Shown piece by piece: positions 27,901 through 40,500 of a DNA stretch of 64,000 nucleotides. Made by a program: the position numbers and the translations under genes. The stretch lies in NCBI GenBank assembly GCA_040954595.2, contig CM082582.2, positions 6,246,303 to 6,310,302 on the forward strand. The letters run 5' to 3'. Under the pieces are notes generated by a model. The model ran no database searches and was not told where the DNA came from. It saw nothing but the letters and a program-made list of their open reading frames with translations. Positions within the stretch are counted from its first letter, which is position 1. Every line of letters begins with the position of its first letter. The stretch is from Balanoglossus misakiensis. Lineage: Eukaryota > Animalia > Hemichordata.

Positions 27901-30537
27901 CTAATTATGACCATTGATATATGACTCTCGAAAAGCACAACTGTACGAAGAGTTGTTGTTGTTGTTGTACTTGCTGTGGCAGTAGTCTGATGGTGTGGGA
28001 AATGCAACCATATGCGAGTTTCTGTAGCATTGATATACATGTACTTGTCCCCCTACAGACGGTTATCGAATCCATGACGTCATATTTCAATGGAAAGGCG
28101 ACACTCCGGTCACCATGAATATGGCCATAGAGATACCCGAATTTGTACTACACGATATACAAACAACGGAGATGGTGAATGAATACAACACCGGTAAGGA
28201 AACTCAGGTGTAAATAAAAAATAACCGAAAACGAATATATGTATATAACGAGATATTTCCTTTGGCAACAGAACGGATGTCTGAAATTTCATCATGTGAT
28301 ATTTATACCAACGTTGCAAGAAATGGTCTGCCTCGGGTTTCTGTAAAACCCGCTGGTTTTTATCAAGTCTGTTGTATCGCACGATCGAGTTTCCTTAAGA
28401 CCACTTTACGCCTAAGCCATCTATTTACGATTTCACGACTTGTAACATCTGATAAATAAACCAATCCCCACGACGAGTCAGGAAACTTCACTTACGAGAA
28501 TCAGATGATTGACTTCAACAATATACATTGATTGCGAGCTATTTTCTCCCTCCCTCTCTCTCTCTTGCAGGCAACTTTACCAGCTTAGGGGTGTATTTCT
28601 TTCTGAAGAGAATATTTGATTTCCATCTGATTCAGACGTACGTTCCCAGCATCCTCCTGGTGGTCATTTCCTGGGTCTCGTTCTGGATTAATCCCGAGGC
28701 CTCGCCGGCTCGAGTGGGATTAGGGATAACAACGGTACTCACGATGACGGCGCAGAGCACCGGAGTAAGGGAGACGCTTCCACCGGTCGCCTACATCAAG
28801 GTACGGTAAAACCAGATCGGAACACTCGAATTACAATGTTTCCTGGTCCCGAGAGTAATTTAATAGATCGGTTTCCCCTAAGACGCCATACATCTACGTT
28901 ACACTTGCGGATGTGTGTTAAATACACATCATTCTGTGGGTAAATACGATTACCGTAATGGCTGTTTCACCATCGGTTTGCACGTATAGTGTTTAATCAC
29001 ATACGTTGCCTATATTTCCTCCGACGCCGAATCTCTTTCTAGGTCGTAGACCACGTGATAATACATAAGACGTTGCATGGAAAATGCAATAAAGTTGATT
29101 TTCGGCATTATCTGTGTTAGAGGTAGACTTAATACCATGTATACTAAAATTACAATGCCAAGTTAAGTAATAACGTCTCAATTAAAAGCAAATTTCACTT
29201 AGGTTTATGGCAGTTGACGTCAATAAAGAATACTGATGTATCCTTGAAGCGCAGATTTTCTCACTTGAGAGAAAAAAAATTCTTCTTGGGAGGGACACCC
29301 TTTAACAAAGTGGAGTATAGAAAATCACATCTCAGTTCAGCTAGGGAAAACATCATCGCGACACTATAACCCCGATTGGTACGGCACGACCTCCCATAAT
29401 TGCTGAAATTCCCGTTAATAACATATACATATGTTACCAAGCATACGAAAGTGAAAATAATAATTTAATCCCATCTGTATTACAATTTAAAGGTCAGTAT
29501 AATATTCTTTGCATACCGATTATTCTATTTTCATTCTGTTTTTGGAATGAGACAATTTGTGGGTATCCTAACTCTTGAATAATATCATGTGATTGCCCAG
29601 TTGAAGTATTCACCGACGGCATCTTTAAATGGCATTCAAGGAATTCATTATTTGCTTGTTATTAACCAAGGCAAATTTAGTTTCAGACCTTAATAACGAA
29701 ACGTCGATCGTGTAACGTTCACGTGAATGTCGTGAATATGGTAATTTGCCAATTGACGGCTGCAGTAAAAACAAATGTGCAGGGAATGTGCTCACGTGTT
29801 CTGAATACTTTATTTCTTTATTCTCAATTTTAAGAGAGAATGCTTAAGTTTGATATATGAAAGTGTAATAATTTCATATATCATACATTTAACTATAATC
29901 TACTTTCAGGCCATCGATGTCTGGATGACAACCTGCCTGGCATTTGTCTTCGCGGCACTGCTTGAGTTTGCTTTAGTGAACTACGTACTCACTGAACAGA
30001 AGCAGAAAGCATCAAAGAAATTAAAACAAAAGGTAAGAAACAATCTATGGACACAATTTGCACATTTATATAAATGAAGATCTACACTGTGCAATCGCTT
30101 TCCAATATGGCCGACTTGTGTGTTTTATCTTTTCCGCCCATTCTAGTTCTGCGCATGTGTTCTGTCTCGTTCGCTGGATCTCAACTCATTTCGATACCAC
30201 GCGATGACAGCATTGCCAATTCAGTTTGTTTTGTCACACTTTCCAGGAATTGCGTGCCTCCAAAAAGAGACAGAACGGCAGGAACAACGGCGCGGAAGCG
30301 GAGATTCCCATGAAGCTGGTCTCTCAGAACTCGTTCGTCACGCAACAGGCGACGGGAGAGGACGATGAACTCGAGATTCACCCGGTGTTTCTCTTCTTGA
30401 ATTCCCGGGTCACTCCGCGGCTGATTGACCGCGTGGCTCGATTCTTGTTCCCGTTCACCTTTCTACTATTCAACGTCATTTACTGGCCGATCTGCTTTTA
30501 CGGCTATGGAGATGAAACCATACCGGATAGGCCGTAA
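21991..30537 (+). CDS. Cys-loop ligand-gated chloride channel subunit, glycine-receptor-like (454 aa, 9 coding exons)
   Basis: Exons 21991-22079, 24063-24184, 24535-24602, 25659-25882, 26878-26960, 28059-28193, 28571-28800, 29910-30032, 30247-30537; all GT-AG and phase-compatible (1365 nt). Motifs: signal peptide, YDMRIRP, loop [12 protein letters not shown], loop A WVPDMY, Cys-loop [15 protein letters not shown], loop B ESYGY, M1, M2 [15 protein letters not shown] (PAR indicates anion selectivity), M3 AIDVWM...LEFALVNY, M4 [21 protein letters not shown]. Confidence 0.95.
22886..23215. mobile_element. Small non-autonomous DNA transposon (MITE) in channel intron 1, Kolobok-type termini
   Basis: Inverted termini GGTAGT...ACTACC with the same 4-mer CTAA on each side (22882-22885, 23216-23219); no ORF. 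Confidence 0.5.
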
Positions 30538-31700
30538 CTGCTCGTAATTGAATCCATGGCAAATTGCGCCTGATGTACCTACTTCAAATGACATTATGCT
30601 GAAAGACCCCTTAGCCATTTTCGGTTTTGATAGTAAGAAAAGCGAGATGCAACACAGCCCGGTTTACATGTATTTCTCATTACGCTCAATGTTACGCTAA
30701 TTGCAAATGGGCCATGTCAAGCTTCCTTTTCTTATCATAAAACCAAGCGATAGAGGGCGGCCTGGCAAAACACCAAAGCAAATAGGGTTTACTCTCTTCG
30801 CCTTCGGTCTGGATATAGAGATTAACTTGTTACTGACCCCTAATAAAAATTCAGGGCTACCTCATATTTAATTAAATGTAAAAGTTGATCAAAAAAAATC
30901 AGAAAACAAATAATTTACCAGATGTGTTCAAGATTCTCACTTTACAGTATTTTCCCACCGCGGAAGCGTGTCTATTTCTAGTGCTGTTTCGCGGCACAAA
31001 AGTTCTTGCGTCTTCAAATTTCTCTAATGTAATCTATCGTAACGCGAATATGCTAAAACAACCCAAGACACGATTACCATATACATTGCACATGTAACAT
31101 TTACGCGACTGTTGCAATATCCGATATACAGTGTATACACAAACACGCAAGCACGCACGCAAACAGACAGACAGACAGACAGACAGAATAAGAAACAGTA
31201 CAAAACGAGTATGGACCTGCTTGATCTTATTCACCGGGATGCGGCTACAACATTTTTAAAACATTTTCTCGACAGTATGTTGTTTTTATGGTGAATTAAT
31301 CCTCATATCCTTGAGTTTATTACCTTCATTTCTTAAGATGTTGCGAACGACTTGTGTATTTGATGTCATGTTTGAGACAGCGATTATCATTGGACGGTCT
31401 TGGTGCTACCTTGATACTTGTTCATTTGTTTGTAGGTTTGTTTGAATTCCCTGGTAGATAAATTTGCCGCTATAACGTTCATTCAATCACCATGCCACCA
31501 TGCATTGTTTGCAAGTATGTTGGCATAGAAAATCACTGGACCACCCCTCAGATGGTCTCTGGGAGATTGAATATTTACATTTTTATAACATTACGTGTCC
31601 GTTCAATATTTCATTATTGTATTGTAACGTTTTTTGTACAATTTTGTACACTTTTCATGAAGTTCTAATGGATACTATTGATGATAAATAACGTTTTTTA

Positions 31701-31706
31701 AATAAA
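31701..31706 (+). terminator. Candidate polyadenylation signal of the chloride channel gene
   Basis: AATAAA at the end of an AT-rich 3'UTR-like stretch, followed by T-rich sequence; another AATAAA lies at 30842. Confidence 0.45.
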
Positions 31707-31750
31707 ACGAAACTTTGTCCAAGTTCACGTTTGACTGCGTTCTTTATTAA

Positions 31751-32895
31751 AGAGGAACGACACCCACAATTTTGGGCTTCAAAGTCCAAACCGGGTGTCA
31801 AAAACGGCAACGTTCCGATGGGTTAATTCACTTTCACTTCCTGCGCAAGCAGAAGACGCGAGTTGAAAATACTACTGTGACGTCAGCAACTTGCTGTGCA
31901 GTCGACGCGCAGGGCTCTTACACGTTCGACGTGTCATTTCCAATAAACAGACACATTTTGCGCGGATCTGACATGGCGAAATGTCAAGTTCATGACTTTA
32001 AAAACATATTCGGAAAATCGACGGGGATAAGTTTCTTTCAAAGGCAATGCTCTACGTGTATTGTATTTGTCGATGCGTGCAGACATAGACCCTGCAATGT
32101 CCAAGATGCCATGCATGTCGACGTTTATGGACAAACCGTAAGGCCTATACAAAGTTGTTCTAACTGCCGCTGATAATAATAAACGTACCGTTTTAAATCC
32201 TTCCTGCACGTTTTTTGGTACACGTATTTGGGTTTAATTTCCATTTATTGACGATCGCATAGTTATCAAATGAAAGCAACTAAAAAGGGCAGTTTTAATA
32301 CATTTCAAGAGACGAAACATGCATAGAATAACTATGGTATTGGCTTCCATTATAATACGGACGTACTACACCTGGAGAGCAGGACGATGCACCTTCGTTC
32401 TCTTCAACTCCATAAAAGGTGACAAAGTATTTTTGTAAGAAAAGTGGTTCGAAAAGGTGACAACGAGGGAGAGACAACAAGGGAGTTTCACCCGTGGAGT
32501 GTCTATGGTTTCACTGAAACCACACCAAGTGTAAGCCTTGACAAACGGGACACATCGGAGATCAGAACTGCATGAACTTTTGTCCTCTGTAAAATTCAGT
32601 CGCTTGGTCGTAGAAGGGAATCTCTGGTTCAAAATTGTAGCCTACTACCCGAGAATATGTTGCCATGCTAACGTCGTCGGTCGCGTGAGTGCAGGCGTGT
32701 ATAAGCATAGGCTCGCTCCAACGCGTCGGCAGCGGACAACAGTTGCTGACGTCACTCACTTCCGGGTTCGCGCAGTTTTTGGCTGGCTGTAGCTCTGTTA
32801 TGCGTAAGTGAAAGTGAATGAAACCAACGTTTTTCATAGTACTTTTTAATCGCATTTCGCCGAATTGGCTCAAAAACGGATCACAACGTTCCACT
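31751..32895 (-). mobile_element. Kolobok-like DNA transposon (non-autonomous) with decayed KolX/P2X7-C-terminal-like ORF
   Basis: TTAA on both sides (31747-31750, 32896-32899). Termini AGAGGAACG...CGTTCCACT (RR..YY). Perfect subterminal inverted repeats ATTCACTTTCACTT (31826-31839/32806-32819) and GTGACGTCAGCAACT (31877-31891/32741-32755). Frameshifted minus-strand peptides YNFEPE, WCGFSETIDTPRVKLPCC, HGIL, RRALPLKETYP...EYVFK. Confidence 0.65.
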
Positions 32896-33280
32896 TTAAT
32901 GTCACGTTTCGGGCATGCGCAAGGTTAGTTTTACTAGCGAAAAAACTATCTCCTTATTTTACAATGTGCGAATGAAGCTCCTTCGACAGCCATATTCCAA
33001 CGAAAGTAGTGAATAAATATGCGAGAAAATCAAGCACGTAATTGATAAATAACAATTGTAAAGTTTTATCGATATAAAAAGAACATTAATAGTGCAATAA
33101 AGAAAGGACTATATCACGAAGGTAGAAAGTAAACCAGAGAAAAACAATTCAAAATAAATATAGGAAGAAATCGCTCAAAAATGTCTGTCTGCTTAACGCT
33201 TTAACACTGCAATGCAAACACCTGTTACATGCAAAAATTGAACTTAAATTATGTACATTAAAAATACTGAATTTCTAAGA

Positions 33281-34083
33281 TCACTGATTCTTTGACACAA
33301 GTCCGTCAAACATGACTCTCAACTCGCTTCTTCTCTCGTTACACACTTTTCCCTTTTGACTCTGTTGTCTCAGTTCATCGCATTCTCTCATTGCGGCTGT
33401 CAGTTTCCTGTTTTGTCTGGCGTAACTTCTCTTCAAGGAGAACAGCATGTGTTTAAGTCTGTCGTTATTTTCCATCAGTTCCTTGGCGTCGTCACTATTG
33501 CTGACAGTAGGTGTGGCCTTCGGTGTCGATCGACCTCGACCTTGTACCTGTGTCTCAGGCGCGACAGCTTCAGTCAGTTCTGCCTTCAGCTTCTCAATGG
33601 TATGGGTAAGCATCTTGTTTTCGCCCATTAAGAAGCTGACAGTTTTTGCTTCTTTCTTTTCTTGCTTCAGTTGCACATTTTCATCGATTAGCATCTGTAA
33701 GCATCTCTTCATCTTCTCCATGTCGTCACCCGATTCATCCTGGGAGGGAGTGTATTTATCGGCCTTGGCTTTGCGTCTCCTGAAAACGGATCGGCGCCTT
33801 TTCTTGGCACGCATGGCCTTCACTTGTTGAGATAATGTCTCCCATGTTTGGATCAACTCTTCTGTTGGGTTTTTCACTTCTCCACTGCGTCCATCACTGG
33901 AAATAAACCCGTAACACATACAGCTGTGAGATCAATGCTTGTTTTATACAGAGTTATAAATCGTTCTAATCGTTCAATTATTTGTAACTCTAAATAACGA
34001 CAAATTTGGACAAAATCTAAAGGAACCTACCAACTAACGGACTTGGTGCTATCAAGAGCCTTGTTAGAATGCCTGTTTCCCAT
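33281..34083 (-). CDS. Uncharacterised coiled-coil protein with N-myristoylation motif and polybasic stretch (222 aa, 2 exons)
   Basis: Exon 1 34083-34031 (MGNRHSNKALDSTKSVS, donor GTAGGT) joins in phase 2 to exon 2 33896-33281 (acceptor TTTATTTCCAG). Contains RAKKRRRSVFRRRKAK and heptad segments LQMLIDENVQLKQE, LMGENKMLTHTIEKLKAEL, LMENNDRLKHML. Confidence 0.75.
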
Positions 34084-34237
34084 TGTCGTCAAGCTTTGAT
34101 TGGTGATTTCAACTAAAATTAACCCGAAAATAAGCTATATTTCTTCGCTCACAGTAATCGGCTTCGATCGCTTGGCACAGAATAATGGAACTTTGGTAGC
34201 GTGGGTAACCAAACATTCCGTGTACGCTTCGCAGAAA

Positions 34238-34267
34238 TGACGTCACATGATCAAACTTTAAACCAAT
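34238..34267. promoter_or_regulatory. Promoter motifs of the coiled-coil gene: CRE overlapping an E-box, plus CCAAT
   Basis: TGACGTCA 34238-34245, TCACATGA 34243-34250, CCAAT 34263-34267, about 150-180 bp upstream of the ATG at 34083. Confidence 0.5.
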
Positions 34268-35518
34268 CAGCGTTCGGCAATTTGCGCATGTCAGAAAGAT
34301 TCCGGTGTGAAGCATTTCGGGAAATGTAAGATAGGTATTCTATCGTGTACCGTGCGCAATGCGTCCTGTTTGTCATGTTATATTGAACACCCGTGTAAAC
34401 GAAGGTGATCCTGTTGGTGGCGCTATGTGAAACGTGTCAAGCCAGGACAGTCGTTTTGATCAATACTTCATAACATCTGCATATTTTATTACATTGGTTA
34501 ACTATGGAAAATACCCGAATACCTGCTAAATTAGTTGTGACAGGACTGATTCAAGTAATTCTCAGTTTGAAAAATTCTTCACAGCAGTAGTATTTCATAA
34601 CTTCAGAAATCTTTAATTTACTTGAAAATTTAAAAGTGGCCATGAAAATTCAATTTTCACTCAAAATACACACCACAGGAAGACAAAGCAACCCACCACC
34701 TTAAAAATTCACTATCAGACCAATCACCAAAGCTGATAACAATTATTTTGGGAAACGCATGAAAGATGTTGCTATGATTTGAGCGGTGTTCGAACAAAAT
34801 GAAAAGGCAGTGATCCTATATTTTAGCTTTCTTATTTCAAAAAACGTTTTACAAGAGATCAGCAAAAAGAAAAAAAGTAAGCCATGGAACTGATTTCTGA
34901 TACTGACTGCAAGAAGTGGTTTATCCAGGTTCTCACAGCTCAGACTGTTTCGTCACCACACTCCCTAACGTACCACTAGTGATGTCATAGGTCACTAAGG
35001 GGTCAAGGTGCAAAGGGTTAAAATGCTCTCCACAGTTCCCTAAACGATTAGAGCACAGAGGTGATGTGGGAGGTACATTACGGTTGCCTGGCTAATAAAC
35101 AATGTCAAATATGATTGGAGAGAAACCAAACCCAGTAATGAATATTAAGACCTATGGATGCCCTGATTGGGCAGATGCTTAATCAGAGTACGAATAATTA
35201 TAAACTAAGTAAGCTGCGATTGGGTATTGATAAATCGGAGGATCAATAATTAAAACCACCGGATCGTTTGATTCGCATGTCGGCTGTCCCTCTGTACAGT
35301 TGTTCACCTCAAAATGGTTATCTTTTCACGATGTCCAGTGCATATGAGTACCAGCACAGATCTCCTCATATACTGTCTATGGTAGCAACAAAACTTGTCT
35401 AATCAAAACAGTCTTCTGGTTAAGTTACATTTTATCGAAGTCAGTTTTACTCTAAACTGTGATTACAACTTAACAAAAACCGACTGATATTTGATGTTGA
35501 CGACAGAAAAGCCACTCT

Positions 35519-36753
35519 TAATAAATAACTCTGAACTTTTTTACGAATGGCAACATGACCAATGTGATCAGTCATTTCTTTTCAAAAGCACTTGGAATAT
35601 TTTATAACATTAATGATAGTAAGTAAAACTGCTAACTTCAAACTCAGCTGAATAATCTACCGACAAATATCACAACTAGATAATGTGAATCTACAGTATA
35701 TCTCTATGTGTGTATGTTAGTCAATAGTGTTTGTCCAAGTGTAAATTTCTCATTATGTATTGATGTACTTGTAGTATATATGCCTGCCTGTTTGTCTATC
35801 TGTATGTATACACAATATAAGTGTATTCAGTCTCATGTGACTCTTGTGAGGCACCTAGCCATAGAAATTCTATGCTACAGATCGGTTTCAAAGCATCGAT
35901 GCTTGAATAACACTGTGACAAAATGTGGCTATGTAAATATTCCAGATTTTTCATCTACATCAGTGTTCTTGCTGAGGGTGGGGAGCCAGTAACACTATTA
36001 TCAGCGTTGTACATCACTGTTGCTGTACTCTCGTGATAACTACAATCATCTGCTTGGTAGCCACCACAATCATTCCAACTGATTTTGCTCCTTCTCAACC
36101 CTCAGCAAAAACACTGCTCGTGTGCAGTTCTGGTGAGTTCCTTCCTGGTAAAGCTAGTCAAGTTTCAGGATTGGTTCAGACTCAGAGTTTATGCCTTCCA
36201 CAGACCCATTTCAAATCAGCATCCTTTTGTAAATCTACCAACTCTCTCACCGAGCGCCATTTACACTGACAGGCGTAGGCACGCACACCTGTGAGGGAAA
36301 AAAATGTTAAAACTATGCAGAATATGTATTTGCTCCAATTTGTTTTCTACAAACTTTTTGCCTTTTGATAGTGTTTTTTTATTAAAGGGACAAATATGGA
36401 ATGTTTTGAAATAATGTATCAAATTTCATGAAACACCACTGGCATTGTAAAAACAAAAGCACTGTGAATACACCTCTAGGTGGCGCACTTCAAGGACCTC
36501 GACTGACCTTTCTTTTTGTGGAGCTTGGCGCTCAATTTATTGAAGTCGGGCATGTTGTTTCTCAGGAAAAGATAGTCACAGCTGGAATTCCATTCATGAA
36601 TACACCTCTAGGTGGCGCACTTCAAGGACCTCGACTGACCTTTCTTTTTGTGGAGCTTGGCGCTCAATTTATTGAAGTCGGGCATGTTGTTTCTCAGGAA
36701 AAGATAGTCACAGCTGGAATTCCATTCATAATTATCGTACATCACAATCTTAA
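35519..36753 (-). pseudogene. Tandem duplicate of the CFAP418 3' end (acceptor-less exon 3 fragments, intact copy of exon 4, 3'UTR)
   Basis: Matches ~36756-37953 with a core offset of 1331 bp. Exon 4 copy is at 36288-36182. Includes an internal 132-bp tandem duplication (36465-36596/36597-36728). Confidence 0.85.
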
Positions 36754-37002
36754 ATCTAATAAATAAATCTTAACTTCTTTTATGAATGGCAACATGACCA
36801 ATGTGATCAGTCATTTCTTTTCAATTGTAAAAGCACTTGGAATATTTTTAATAACATCAATGATAAAACTGCTAAATTCAAACTCAGCTGAATAATCTAC
36901 CGACAAATATCAATAATGTGAATGTACAGTATATCTCTATAAGTGTATGTTAGTCAATAGTGTCTGTTCAAGTGTAAATTTTTCGTTATGTATTGATGTA
37001 CT

Positions 37003-37112
37003 TGTATGTATGTATGTATGTATGTATGTATGTATGTATGTATGTATGTATGTATGTATGTATGTATGTATGTATGTATGTATGTATGTATGTATGTATG
37101 TATGTATGTATG
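37003..37112. repeat. (TATG)n microsatellite
   Basis: Pure run present in only one of the two duplicated copies. Confidence 0.98.
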
Positions 37113-37512
37113 CCTGTCTGTCTGTCTATCTGTATGTATACACAATACAAAATGTATTCAGTCTCATGTGACTCTTGAGAGGCACCTAGCCATAGAAATT
37201 CTATGCTACAGATCGGTTTCAAAGCATTGATGCTTGAATAACACTGTGACAAAATGTGGCTATGTAAATATTCCAGATTTTTCATCTACATCAGTGTTCT
37301 TGCTGAGGGTGGGGAGCCAGTAACACTATTATCAGCGTTGTACATCACTGTTGCTGTACTCTCGTGATAACTACAATCATCTGCTTGGTAGCCACCACAA
37401 TCATTCCAACTGATTTTGCTCCTTCTCAACCCTCAGCAAAAACACTGCTCGTGTGCAGTTCTGGTGAGTTCCTTCCTGGTAAAGCTAGTCAAGTTTCAGG
37501 ATTGGTTCAGAC

Positions 37513-40500
37513 TCAGAGTTTATGCCTTCCACAGACCCATTTCAAATCAGCATCCTTTTGTAAATCTACCAACTCTCTCACCGAGCGCCATTTACACTGA
37601 CAGGCGTAGGCACGCACACCTGTGAGGGAAAAAAATGTTAAAACTATGCAGAATATGTATTTGCTCCAATTTGTTTTCTACAAACTTTTTGCCTTTTGAT
37701 AGTGTTTTTTTATTAAAGGGACAAATATGGAATGTTTTGAAATAATGTATCAAATTTCATGAAACACCACTGGCATTGTAAAAACAAAAGCACTGTGAAT
37801 ACACCTCTAGGTGGCGCACTTCAAGGACCTCGACTGACCTTTCTTTTTGTGGAGCTTGGCGCTCAATTTATTGAAGTCGGGCATGTTGTTTCTCAGGAAA
37901 AGATAGTCACAGCTGGAATTCCATTCATAATTATCGTACATCACAATCTTAAAATCACAGTCTGTACATCTAAGTCTGTCACAGCTCCTGAAATAAACAA
38001 AGAAAAGATATATAAATACACATGCGGCTGATTTTTCCCTTGTTCATGACCTTCATTTCTGGCTGTCACGTAAATTTTCATCAAGTTATTCACTGATGCA
38101 GTAATTGGGCAAACTGCAGAATTCAAAATATCACCACCAGATAAAATTGCTAGGGGGTCTGACTAATAATGAAACACTAGCCACTGTTTGGCAAATATCA
38201 AGAGCCAGCTTGTTGTCATGGCGCCAAGCTTAATTAACCGGCTCACCTCTGTGACATCGTGGTGGCTAGTCCTACGGGCGTGCTAGTGCCTCCTAAGTAC
38301 ACTGGGAAACATTTCTTGTCCAGATGGGAGTTGGATGACGACGTTCCTTCCCTCTGCACTTCTATCTTTTCCAGTGGCTCCGGAGCCTCGCAGATGTCGT
38401 CAATCATGGCATCTAAATCATCATCCCCGACGGACTTCTTGTGCCTTCAAGAAAAGGAAGGAGATCATGTATATTTTTGAAATCGTGTGTGTGTGTTCTG
38501 TGAATGGTTCTTATGTTTGGTATATGCCTGTGTAGGAATGGGACCCGCATAAATTTTCAATGTCCTACAACACAGAAGTTACCTCACTGGTTGCACTACA
38601 TGTATGACGGGTAATGTACATGTATACCATCACAGGTTTCAGTGAGGGTGTTGAACTGGAGTTCATGTACTGTACCAGTGTACAGGAATTGATGGCACAG
38701 CTTTCAACAAGTTTAAGCAATGAGACACAAGATAGGTGTATCGCTGACATAATTTCACATTGAACAAATTTACACCTAATGGAGTTAGTGTTAGCGATCT
38801 CTTGAGTATAACCATTACACAGCTAGGCACTAACACCCACCCACACATAAATGTATGCGTGTGTGTCTGTGTACACAAAGTCATCAGTAGATCCGATAAT
38901 ATCTCTCACTCGTTACCATCATTAACTCTGAAAATGCGATCATTAAATTGGCACATCTTTGCTTCGCATATCGCCATAGCGACAGACAACACAAGTTCCT
39001 GCGCATACAAAAAACCTCTCTTCAAATCTTGATTGTCCTTTTGTCGACCCTGTGCGCAGCGGGCCGATTAGAGGCTTTGATTATCGACTCAATTCAATTG
39101 CAGGAAACTGCGTCAATCTCAAACGATCAGTTACACGGCAGGACTGCGCTGCTAAAGAGTAATCGGGATAGAGTTAATGTTGTGAGATATTCACTCTGAC
39201 AGTGACAGAGTCAGGGAGAAAGAAACCATTGGAGTAGATGAGGGATGGTGGCAGCAGAAGGCAACAAGATCTGCCTGGCTTGATCGCCTCTGGTTACGAG
39301 ACTGATCTCATTAGAAAGTCACTAAACACTGCTAAGGGGGTTTAATCAGATCACATTGCATTGCAATTCTTAATTTATCTGCTTACACTTTGCTCTCAAT
39401 AATCCCCACTGTGCTAGAATCCTTTTACAGATCTACATGTACAATGTACCTGGATCTAACCTGGACACAAACGGACTGAAGAATTTGTTCAGTTTGCAGA
39501 GGTATCTGGAGACAGATTTCCAGATTAGACAGGGTTTGGTTTACACAGGTTTTACTGTACATGTTATACAGCTGTATGATCGGTACTACATGTGGTGACG
39601 GAGATAAAATGCTCTGAGTGCTATACTGGTAACTGCAGTTCTTTTGAACCAGAGATGCATTTTCTGCCCCATGGCCCTACACACAGGAAAATTCTCTTGA
39701 TGGTAACATGTCTTGCACAACTGCAGTACACGAACCTGTGATTGACATGTACAGCATTCTATCTAAGTAGATATAGATTTGAAAGCTAAAAAAGGGAACA
39801 TAATTAACCAACGTTAGAAATTTTAGATCATCTTTTTCAGGTTAATACCCTGAAGGACTTCAAAGTAATGAAAATTGCATTCAATTAATGCAAAAATATA
39901 AGACAGTCTCCATTTGTATATGTGTTACCATGGCAACAAGAAACACACTTGACATAACTGCTTCTAAATGGTTCTCTTTGAAAGATCAAGCAACCTAGTC
40001 TGAGTATTTAGGTCGTAAAGACGAAACAAGGTCAAAATTATCTTTCTTTTTTCAACTTAATATTAAATTTGCTGCAAGAAAATATTGTTAAATTGAGTTT
40101 GAACAATTCCCGTCTAAAACCGGGGGGGGAAAAAATTCAGGAATAATCCACCATACATCATGTACATCAGTACATGTATCTACTGGTACACAAAGAAAAA
40201 GCAAGATTAGCTGTCTCAAAAATTCACATTGTCTACCAAACTCTGGGAGAAAATCACAATCATCAAAAATTTAGGCTTTCCTTCAAATGTTGATGATGAA
40301 TGATCCCCATACTTCCTTTTTAGAAAATTTAATTTCATTTTATGAATACTAAAAAAGAACATCTGGAGGAGTTTCATGTTAAAATAGTAAAATCTAACCC
40401 ACAGGGAGACCAGTGTAGAAACCAAGTAATTAGTTTAGGAATATTTTACAAGACATGTATATTCACATAAAATAATCATGCGCTAACAACAAACTTTACC

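Noticed and set aside
36947-37285. ORFs with MYVC/HTYI repeats
   Set aside because: Translations of the (TATG)n microsatellite.
36033-38031. Duplicated plus-strand ORFs (MITTIICL..., MKHHWHC...)
   Set aside because: Antisense shadows of CFAP418 exons and UTR within the duplication.
38898-39190. Possible MITE with inverted ends (ATTAACTCT/AGAGTTAAT)
   Set aside because: Short imperfect match and no clear TSD.
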